A DNA stretch of 26,190 nt from Octopus sinensis (taxonomy: Eukaryota): positions 1 through 26,190 of the forward strand of contig NW_021835579.1 of the NCBI RefSeq assembly GCF_006345805.1, read 5' to 3'. How positions within the stretch are numbered: the first letter of the stretch is position 1; each line of letters opens with the position of its first letter. The notes beneath the pieces were generated by a model. The model was given only the letters and a program-made list of their open reading frames with translations, ran no database searches and was not told where the DNA came from. Made by a program: the position numbers and the translations under genes. Shown here one piece after another: positions 1-9,205 of this stretch.

Positions 1-852
1 TCATCAGCCATTCATAGAGGTTTTCCATTAATACATATTTTCATATTAATTGATAACATTATAAAGAGGGTAGATATATAGACAGAGATGTCGATTTGAA
101 TTTTAAGAACATTTAAGGTAACAGAATTTATCTTCTGACTGAAGAATATTCTTTAAGTTATTTTGAACCGCTAGAAGGTGGGGAAGGATATTCAGTTGAA
201 TGGAGACAAATTAAGTACCATCTTCATTTGAATCTAAATTTTGCTGAACTTATATATATATATATAATATATTTATATATATATATATATACTCTCACAC
301 ATTCATACATATGTGTGGTATGGTATACATTTAAATATGTATACATATACGTGTGTGTTTGTGTAAAATCTCTGTGCACATATGAGTGTATGTGTGTGTG
401 TATGTGATATTTCTTAAAGTGTGTGCGTGTGTGTGTGTGTGTGTGTGCATATATATGCATGCACATGTGAGAACGTATGTTGGCATATATTAGCGTGTGT
501 ATATATCTATGTGTGCATATTCAAACGGTACTGTATGTACGTATGTATGTACGTACGTATGCATGTATGTATGTACGTACGTATGCATGTATGTATGTAT
601 GTATGTATGTATGTATGTATGTATGTATGTATGTATGTATGTACACACGTGTTTCTGTGTGCGTGTTTGTGTATGTGTACGTGATGTCTTCTCGATACGG
701 TGTGTATGCGTGTGTAATACGTAGAGTTTTTTCTCTTATAGGTATCGTAATAAGATTTGTTTTCAAAAGTTTTCACGCGCAACTGACCAAATAAACACGA
801 ACTTGTTCAGAGAAGAGAAGTTTAGTGATAAATAAACAAAAGCGAAACCCAC

Positions 853-941
853 TTATCAGGGAACAGGGCTGTAGGAGCCGGCTGAACATCGCCATTGGCT
901 GATAGAGACAAGCCAGCGTTACACTCATCTCCTAATATCAT
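853..941 (-). CDS. Candidate first coding exon, alternative form (MILGDECNAGLSLSANGDVQPAPTALFPD + phase-2 donor); product unknown
   Basis: ATG at 941, 29 codons + AA, then AA|GTGGGT donor at 853/852. Part of track ORF 822..1058; protein-like composition in non-repeat sequence. Confidence 0.25.
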
Positions 942-986
942 TGACTCTATCAGACCAACAACGCATTCCAGACGGGATAAAGTTAC

Positions 987-1021
987 CTCGGAACTTGGGA
1001 TACAAAAAACCTTCCTAACAT
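987..1021 (-). CDS. Candidate first coding exon, short form (MLGRFFVSQVP + phase-2 donor); product unknown, gene would continue off the left edge
   Basis: Minus strand reads GCCGGCC-ATG (A at 1021, good Kozak-like context), 11 codons + AG, then GAG|GTAACT donor at 987/986. Lies in unique, GC-richer sequence. No recognisable homology. Confidence 0.3.
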
Positions 1022-1724
1022 GGCCGGCAGCGGTCCGGTCGTCCCCTATTTGCTGCAATCAATTTCGGCTTGATTGATGCCGAGTGGCGTGGTGGGCTGT
1101 TGTAGAAGAGGAGGTGGGGGGTAGAGGATGATGGGGAGGGGGGATTGAAGGGGGGGGGGTGAGACCTGGGGGTTGGTGCGTGCATGCTTCTGTGTGTGTG
1201 TGTGTGTGTTTGAGATGAAACAAGAGAATTACGTCGTGTGAGAAGGGGACGAAAAAGTGCCCAGAAGGAAAGAGACTACACAAAACACACACACATAAAT
1301 ACGCACATACATACATACATAGACACCTATACACAAACACATACATTTATATATCTGTATACATATATCATAAATATAAACACAAGACTATATGCATATA
1401 TACACCTATATGTTCTTGTATGCATATTATATACTTTATATAGTGTGTGTGTGTGTGTGTGTGTGTGAGTGGGCATGTGTTTATATATATAGTTATACAG
1501 ATACACCGCACATATAAATATTTATATATACACACGCAGACACATACACACACACACTCACACACACATATGATGGAGACAGACAGACAGACAGACAGAC
1601 AGATAGGCAGAGAGTTCCCAGAATACAGAGATGTAAAAGAAAAAGGAAGTTAAGTAAAAGCGAATAAGAATGAGATGAATGGTATGGGTGTGGGTGTGGG
1701 AATAAGGAGCCCTCCCAGACACAG

Positions 1725-1755
<31 letters not shown>

Positions 1756-1834
1756 AGAGAGGAGGATTATGGAAGACTAAGGAGCAAGTTAAGATAGTAA
1801 ACTATCAGATAGACCTAAAGAAAAAGCGGTTGGT

Positions 1835-1985
1835 GAGAATGGCGGAGGTGGTGTCGGTGGGGAATATGGCGGAGGTGGTGTCTGTCGGGTGGTGCGTGTA
1901 TTTATACTTTTTCAGTAAATGAATTCTTCAAAGAGGATTTATATTCGCGAGTGAGTGCTTCAAGTAAGAAAAGAGGATAGAAATA

Positions 1986-2031
<46 letters not shown>

Positions 2032-2300
2032 AAGAGAAGAAGAGAAAGAGAGAGAGAGAAGGAGATTCGACGACGTCGCCATCTTTGGAGCTCTTCAGCA
2101 GTCATTGACAACCACCATTAACCGCAGCACCGCACCGCAGTTGCTACAGCACCGTTGCTGTCTTCTTCCACCACATCCACCCGCCCGACCGCCCACCCGT
2201 CCACCCGGCCACCCGTCCACCCGACCACCGCCGCCTCCTTGTGACAACACGCTCTACGATTGACACTCCAAAGAAGAGCGGTGACATTCGAGAACATTCT
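1835..2300. promoter_or_regulatory. CpG-rich putative promoter/5'UTR region with YY1-like motifs, (GA)n tract and (CCACCCGN)7 repeat
   Basis: Local CpG enrichment at 2060-2300; CGCCATCTT at 2077-2085; ATGGCGG at 1839 and 1866 inside a 17-bp direct repeat; 8-bp CACCC-box repeat at 2177-2232. Confidence 0.35.
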
Positions 2301-2721
2301 AGTAGAAGAGGTTTAGCGCAAGAATAAAAAAAAAAGAAAAGAAAAGCAGAAAAAAAAAAAAATAAATAAATAAAAATCTCAGGAAAAACCATTGCTGTAC
2401 TATGATGGGCTGTGTGTGCTACGACAAGAAGCCCTTTAAGCTATGAAATCCTTCAGATCTCCCCGTTTTCCTTTTATTCGGGGTCCCTTTCTCTTATTAA
2501 GACAGTCAATCAACTTACTCCCTGGTTTACAATCTACTCCACCTGTTCGTTTTGGTTTTCTATTTTGTTTTCCCATTCTCCTTAACACTTAAAGATGATT
2601 ACAAGTGTTAGTTTTGAAGGTGCTGTGGCCTGTCTGTCTGTCTGTCTGTCGGTCTGTCTATCTGTCTGTCTGTCCGTCCGTCTGCTTGTTTGTTTGTCTG
2701 TCTATCTGGTTAACTATCTGT

Positions 2722-3679
2722 CTATTTCTTTACTACCCACAAGGGGCTAAACACAGAGAGGACAAACAAGGACAGACAAACGAAATAAGTCGATTACATC
2801 GACCCCAGTGCGTAACTGGTACTTAATTTATCGACCCCGAAAAGATGAAAGGCAATGTCGACTTCGGCGGAATTTGAACTCAGAACGTAACGCCAGACGA
2901 AATACTTATTTCTTTACTACCCACAAGGGGCTAAACACAGAGGGGACAAACAAGGACAGACAAACGGATTAAGTCGATTATATCGACCCCACTGCGTATA
3001 TGGTACTTAATTTATCGACCCAGAAAGGATGAAAGGCAAAGTCGACCTCGGCGGAATTTGAACTCAGAACGTAAGCGGCAGACGAAATACCTATTTCTTT
3101 ACTACCCACACACAGGGGACAAACAAGGACAGACACACGGATTAAGTCGATTATATCGACCCCAGTGCATAACTGGTACTTATTTAATCAACCCCGACAG
3201 GATGAAAGGCAAAGTCGACCTCGGCAGAATTTGAACTCAGAACGTAACGGCAGACGAAATACCTATTTCTTTACTGCCCACAAGGGACTAAACACAGAGG
3301 GGACGAACAAGGACAGAGACACGGATTAAGTCGATTATATCGACCCCAGTGCGTAACTGATACTTATTTAATCGACCCCGAAAGGATGAAAGGCAAAGTC
3401 GACCTCGGTGGAATTTGAACTCAGAACGTAACGACAGACGAAATACCTATTTCTTTACTACCCAAAAGGGGCTAAACACAGAGGGGACAAACAAGGACAG
3501 ACACATGGATTAAGTCAATTATATCGACCCCAGTGCGTAACTGGTACTTATTTAATCGACCCCGAAAGGATGAAAGGCAAAGTCGACCACGGCGGAATTT
3601 GAACTCAGAACGTAACGGCAGACGAAATACCGCTAAGCATTTCGCCCGGCGTGCTAACGACTCTGCCAGCTCGCTACCT
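2722..3679 (-). mobile_element. tRNA-derived SINE family A: concatemer of one head plus five ~184-bp body units, flanked by a 17-bp TSD
   Basis: Units 2722-2905, 2906-3090, 3091-3262, 3263-3446, 3447-3630; head 3631-3679. A box (TGGCAGAGTCG in this copy) in the head; B box GAGTTCAAATTCC in each body unit. TSD TCTGGTTAACTATCTGT at 2705-2721 and 3680-3696. Confidence 0.92.
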
Positions 3680-4179
3680 TCTGGTTAACTATCTGTCTGC
3701 CTACACCTACACATCAAAATTGGTTGAAAATCATCTGCTCCAAGGACAGTCTTGTAGCAGCAGATTTTTTTTTCCTTTTTTGACTTCATAAATGATTGAC
3801 GACTACACAGATTTCTAAATTTCAACCTGTTGCTAATTTGCTAACAAGGAAACGAATAGTTTTATTTACGCAAAGATTGGATCACAATTTAACTACAAAG
3901 AAACAAAGATAAAAAAAAAAAAGGGCGGGGTAAATTCTTATTGGGTGGCGAAACTATAAAAGAGACGGCAAAAAAACTGGCGAAACATGAAATCTCCTTA
4001 TTAAGTTAGCTTGTAGAATACAGAACAGAGTTTTGGAAAAGCTGTTACTCTCTCATAGCATAGGAGAAGAACGAGGAATTTTCGCTTTATTTTTCCCTAA
4101 TTTTGAACATTTCATTTTATGTTATTTTATTCGATTTTTATATTTATATTCATTCTTTTGCTTTTATGTCAGTCCTTTG

Positions 4180-4595
4180 ACTAGAGCGCCGCCTATCGTC
4201 GAACAAATCGACGCCCCAGGACTTAGTCTTCGTAAGTAAGCCTGGTGCTTATTCTATCGGTCTCTTTTGCCGAACCGCTAAGTTACGGGGACCTAAACAC
4301 ACCACCATCGGTTGTCAAGCGATGTTGGGGAGGGGGGGGACAAACACAGACACACACAAACATATACACACACATACGATATATATATATATATAGACAC
4401 ACATACATATACATATATACGACGGGCTTCTTTCAGTTTCCATCTACCAAATAGACTTAGACAAGGCTTTGGTTGGCCCGAGGCTATAGTTGAAGACACT
4501 TGCCCGAGGCTATAGTCGAAGACACGCAGTGGGATTGAACCCGGAACCATGTGGGTCGTAAGCAAGCTACTTACCACACAGCCGCTCCTACGCCT
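4180..4595 (-). mobile_element. tRNA-derived SINE family B (CORE-like central domain, probably the octopus OR2-type), near full length
   Basis: Reverse complement starts AGGCGTAGGAGCGGCTGTGTGGTAAGTAGC with B box GGGTTCAATCCC; matches other B copies in the window (e.g. 10467-10870). Internal 26-bp duplication at 4476-4525. Confidence 0.88.
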
Positions 4596-5109
4596 AAGCT
4601 ATTTTTTATTAACCATAACTAATCCGGGAACTAATCCGCCTCGTATATAGTCTCAGTAGGTTTCTTTTGATTAACTCTAAATAACCGTAGAGCTCCAGCA
4701 TGGCCGCAGAGCATGAGGTTCCCTTTGGTGTTGATTGCACTTTATAAATGAAAAACGAAATATTTTCGATCCTAAGAGTGAGATAACGGTGCTTTTTGGC
4801 ATTCCTTGGGTTTCCAAAAACTAAGCGTTAATTACCCTTAAAAATTAATTAGAGAATTGTTACGATAAGTTATTATTTAATAAAGAGAGTTTATTTTTTA
4901 CCTGTGGAATATCTCAGGTGAGTTGAAGAGATTCAGAAATTCCCAGCTGTGAGTTATCTATGCATATGCGTGTATGTATACACGTATACATACATATATA
5001 TATATAAATATATATATACATACATACATACATGCATACATAAATAAATACATACATACACACATTTATATTCGTATTTTTTGTTTTTTTTTGTATTATT
5101 TTTGTATTT

Positions 5110-5360
5110 ATATTCGTGTAACATCGTCCGTTTTTCCGTCCTTGTTTCGTATACATTCGATCCGTTTTCCAAGGAATCTAATGCTCTTAGCTTAGTTTTT
5201 TCCCTGGGGCTGGTCAGATTGGAGCAATCTCAAGATTAATCAGCCGAAATTGCGAGGATCATCTGGTTCTTGACTGAAGATTAAAGGCTTTGAATGACCC
5301 GTTCGTGTTTTTTGTATCGTCTATTTGGATGTTTTGCGTTCTTGTCCCATTTTGTATTTT
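5110..5360. mobile_element. Interspersed repeat fragment, possibly Penelope-like
   Basis: Non-microsatellite block between (TA/CA)n tracts that I recall as a recurrent octopus repeat. No diagnostic motif confirmed here. Confidence 0.3.
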
Positions 5361-5414
5361 TTATATATACACACATACATACATGCATACAAACATAAAT
5401 ATATACATACATAT

Positions 5415-5576
5415 ATGTGACTGTGTGGTAAAAAGCTTGCTTCCAAACCATAAGGTTCTGGGTTCAGTCCAACTGTATGTCACCTTGGGCAAGTGGCTTC
5501 TACTATAAGTGTTGGACTGGCCAAAGCCTTGTGAGTAGATTTGATAGACAGAAACTGAAAGAAGCCTGTTGTGTAT

Positions 5577-5621
<45 letters not shown>

Positions 5622-5915
5622 GATCCATCCCCACCACCGCTTGACAACCAGTGTTGGTATTGAATTGAATTGAACCAGTTTCAGCTCATGAGTTACGGCC
5701 ATGCTGGGGCACCGCCATTAAAATTTACGTTCCCATGCCGGGAATCGAACCCGGGCCGCCTGGGTGAAAGCCATGGATCCTCTGGCGGTTCGGCAAAAGT
5801 GTCCGATTGAATAAGTACCAGTTTTTAAAAAAATAAGTAATGGGGTCAATTCATTCGACTAAGAATTCCTCAAGGCGGTGCCCCAGCATGGGCACAGTCA
5901 AACAAATGAGACTAG
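5415..5915 (+). mobile_element. Diverged SINE family B copy, split by a ~123-bp antisense insert (5659-5781)
   Basis: 5' part 5415-5658 (CCTTGGGCAAGTGGCTTCTACTATA ... GAAACTGAAAGAAGCC); 3' part resumes at GCGGTTCGGCAAAAG (~5785) and runs to the GGCGGTGCCCCAGCATGG tail. Confidence 0.85.
5730..5781 (-). pseudogene. trnE: 5'-truncated tRNA-Glu(TTC) copy (approx. nt 21-72), no CCA, followed by short trailer ending TTTT
   Basis: Minus strand AGGATCCATGGCTTTCACCCAGGCGGCCCGGGTTCGATTCCCGGCATGGGAA matches eukaryotic tRNA-Glu from the D-stem to the discriminator; anticodon TTC at 5768-5766. The 5' acceptor strand and A box are absent. Confidence 0.85.
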
Positions 5916-5924
5916 TAGAAGATA

Positions 5925-5966
<42 letters not shown>

Positions 5967-6062
5967 TTGTATGTGTGTGCGTGTATGTCTGTGTCTGCGT
6001 GCGTGTGTATGTGTGTGTGTGCATGTGTGTGGTGTGTGTGCGTGCATGTGTGTGCGTATGAA

Positions 6063-6343
6063 GGTGCATGGCTCAGTGGTTAGCGCGTCCGGCTCACAAT
6101 CATTCTCGGTTGTGTTCTTGAGCAAGACACTTTATTTCACGTTGCTCCTGTTCATTTAGCTGTAGAGTTGGGCTGTGGCGTCACTGGTGCCAAGCCGTAT
6201 CGGCCCCTTTGCCTTTCCCTTGGATAACATCGGTGGCGTGGAGAGGTGAAGTTGGTATGCATTGGCGACTGCTGGTCTTCCATAAATAACCGTGCCCGGA
6301 GAACTTTCTAGGTACATTGCCTTGGTCATGATCGAAGAGGGTC
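6063..6343 (+). mobile_element. tRNA-derived SINE family C, internally deleted
   Basis: Head GGTGCATGGCTCAGTGGTTAG, then TTGTGTTCTTGAGCAAGACACTTTATTTCACGTTGCTC shared with the copy at 14308; B box missing. Confidence 0.75.
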
Positions 6344-6362
6344 ATTTGTTTGTATGTTTATA

Positions 6363-6439
6363 TGGATGGATGGATGGATGGATGGATGGATGGATGGATG
6401 GATGGATGGATGGATGGATGGATGGATGGATGGATGGAT
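6363..6439 (+). repeat. (GGAT)n microsatellite
   Basis: Perfect tetranucleotide run. Confidence 0.97.
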
Positions 6440-6709
6440 TTATGTATGTATGTGGCCAAAAGCGAAAATTTTCTCCACGGCAAACTGCAGTGAAAACGGC
6501 CTTTTTGCAGGTCAAATATGTCCCAATCATATTTGAACTGATTTAAAAGTTTGTTTGCTCCACAACACTGCTTCCCATACATGCTATGCAACAAAATTTT
6601 GATGGGAGGTTCTAATTTTAAGATCATCTTAAAACATGAAGTTCGTATGACAGATCGGGGTGGGGCGATCTCAAGCGAGTTGGTATCAAGAGGTGGGAGG
6701 AAAGAGGCA

Positions 6710-6910
6710 GGGAAGGAGCAAGAACAGGAAGAGCAGGAGTAGGAAGTGCATGAGGAGGAGCAGGGGTGCAGGAGGAGGAGGAGCAGGAGATGCAGGGGGA
6801 GGAGCAGGAGATACAGGAGGAGGAGCAGAAGGTGCAGGAGGAGGAGCAGGAGGTGAAGGAGGAGGTGCAAGAGGAGGAGCAGGAGGAGGAGAAGCAGGAA
6901 GAGGATGATA
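6710..6910 (+). repeat. GAG/CAG-based ~21-bp minisatellite
   Basis: Recurring GAGGAGGAGCAGGAGGTGCAG-like unit. Confidence 0.85.
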
Positions 6911-7034
6911 TCATTGATTAGATCTACCGCAATAGATTACGAGTACATCTTACAGTTCATATATTAATTTGCATTATGAGAGAAGAAATGAAGAATTGAT
7001 ATAAGCTTACGTCACCGCCCCGCCCATTATTACA

Positions 7035-7600
7035 GGTGGAGACATTTCAGTCCGGCGATTAAGGCGGGCGTGATGTAGTGTGTGTGGAATGGGCGTGGTT
7101 TGATATACAGGCGAAAATATCTCACTTAAGAGTGTAACCAGGGGTGTGGCTTAGTAAGTATGAAAACAGTTCAGAACAGTGATTAAGATGGGCGCGATGT
7201 AGTGCGTGCGAAATGGGCGTGGTTTGATATAAAGGCGTAAATATCGAAGTAAGGAGGGTAACCAGGGGTGTGGCAAAGTAGATGTGAAATATTTCGGAAC
7301 AGTGATTAAAGTGGGCGTGATCAAGTGCATGTGGAATAGGCGTCAACCATGCATGTGGAATGGGCGTCATCTATGCATGTGGAATGGGCGTTATCTAAGC
7401 ATGTGGAATGGGCGTCATCTATGCATGTGGAATGGGCGTTATCTACGCATGTGAAATGGGCGTCATCTATGCATGTGAAATGGATGTGGTTTGATATAGA
7501 GGTGGAAATATCATAGATAAGAGAGTAACGAGGTGTGTGGCTGAGTAGAGGCGGAGATATTTCAATACGGCGATTAAAATGGGTGTGATGCAATGCGTAC
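7035..7600 (+). repeat. ~124-bp tandem repeat (3 full + 1 partial unit) containing a nested 24-bp minisatellite (6 extra copies)
   Basis: GATTAA anchors at 7057, 7181, 7304, 7572 (spacings 124, 123, 268 = 124 + 6x24). Unit GCATGTGGAATGGGCGTCATCTAT repeated at 7327-7470. Confidence 0.9.
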
Positions 7601-7629
7601 AGATTTTGCTAAAAAATAAAACATTCTAC

Positions 7630-7698
7630 CCAGTTCGGGAATCGAACCCAAGATCTTGCGATCGTGAGCACAGCACCTTAACCACTAGGTCATACGCC
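7630..7698 (-). mobile_element. Isolated tRNA-like head of SINE family C
   Basis: Minus strand GGCGTATGACCTAGTGGTTAAGG...GGGTTCGATTCCCG has A and B boxes, but the acceptor stem does not pair. Confidence 0.75.
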
Positions 7699-7769
7699 TA
7701 AATAAAGTCCTGCACTCAGTAATTCACAAAGAGGAGTCGCTCGGTCATTTCTTCACATTTACAAGAATT

Positions 7770-8134
7770 GAAAAGATAGAGGGGAAGGGGGGGAAAGAGA
7801 GGTGGAGGGAGGGTGAAAGAGGGAGGAAGAGATAGAGGGGAGGAGAGAGGGAGGAGGGAAGGAGAGAGAGAGAGAAAGGAAAGGACAGGTTCAAAGAATG
7901 AGGATGGTAAGGAATTATGAGAAGAGAAGTGAGAAAAATTGAATAGGGTTTGACGGGAGGGGCTTACAGGTAGTTCAGATATTCTAAAAGAGAGTGAAGA
8001 GCGATGTGGGGGGGGACTAGATATTCTGCAGAATAGAAAGAAAGAAGAAAGAATGAAAGAAAGAAAGAAGGAAGAAAGAAGGAAGGAAAGAAAGAAAGGT
8101 GCATGTAAGAAATAGACAGACAGAAAGATAGATG

Positions 8135-8208
<74 letters not shown>

Positions 8209-8253
8209 TAGATAGATAGATAGATAAGGATAGAAAGAAAGAGAGAGAGAGTA

Positions 8254-8284
<31 letters not shown>

Positions 8285-8400
8285 ATAGAAAGAGCCGTCT
8301 ATATGAAGAGAGAGAGTGTAGGGGACGTGAGGAAGAGAAAGAAAGAGGGAGAGAGAAAGAAAAGAGAGAGAGAAAGAGAACGAAGGAGAGAGAAGGTAAC
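7770..8400 (+). repeat. ~630-bp polypurine tract with (GAAA)n, (GACA)n, (GATA)n and (GA)n
   Basis: Directly visible, almost pyrimidine-free plus strand. Confidence 0.92.
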
Positions 8401-8790
8401 CGTTCAACAGAACAAGGACAGAGTGGAGAACAGTTTAACTCACACGCACACACAACCACACGCACACACACAAAATAGTGTGGGATGGTGGTGGTGGTGG
8501 TGGCGGCGGTGGTGAGGTATGCAAGCAAGGCAAAAGAGGCCCTATCCATCTGTTTTTATCAGGGATCATTTCTCCAGTCTATTTATTAAGTAGAGGTTCT
8601 TCAAGTCCTATATACTTATTTCCTAATCAAATTAGCCTCTTCAAACTGAGACGGACGTCGGCGGTGTTTGGCAGAACGGAAGTAGAGCGAGACGAATGGA
8701 GCTCTTTGGTGTCGGAGGTGCTATCTATCTCAGACACGAGATGAAGAAATAATAATAATGGGCAGAGCGGTAATGGAAGTAAATGGTAGC

Positions 8791-9124
8791 ACCATCACCA
8801 TCACCGTCACCATCATCACCATCATCATCGCCGTCATCATCGCCGTCATCATCATAATCATCATCATCATCATCGCCGTCGTCGTCGTCGTCGTCGTCAT
8901 CATCATCATCATCATCATCATCGCCGTCAACGTCTTCATCCTCGCCACCAACCGCTGCGGTAAAGACATGACAATGATGATGATGTTGATGATCATGATG
9001 ATCATGACGATGATGATGATGATGGTTGTGGTGATGATAATGATGATGATGACGACGACGACGACGATGATGATGATGGACCAACAAAACAATTGCAATA
9101 ATGATGATGATGATGATGATAATC

Positions 9125-9169
<45 letters not shown>

Positions 9170-9195
9170 TAATAATAATAATAATAATAATAATA
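8791..9195. repeat. Compound trinucleotide tract: (CAT/CGT)n, then inverted (GAT/GAC)n, then (AAT)n
   Basis: Directly visible. Confidence 0.92.
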
Positions 9196-9205
9196 AATTG
9201 TACGA

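Noticed and set aside
5270-5300. CTGAAGA as a second hammerhead core
   Set aside because: No GAAA or valid stem II/III follows.
5730-5781. Functional tRNA-Glu gene
   Set aside because: The first ~20 nt, including the A box and 5' acceptor strand, are missing, and the anticodon stem has a mismatch.
7321-7593. ORF with (DDAHSTCI)n His/Cys repeat
   Set aside because: It follows directly from a stop-free 24-bp unit, and the surrounding 124-bp period is not a multiple of 3.
7630-7698. Possible tRNA genes here and at 15363-15430
   Set aside because: A and B boxes are present, but the acceptor stem does not pair; these are SINE heads.
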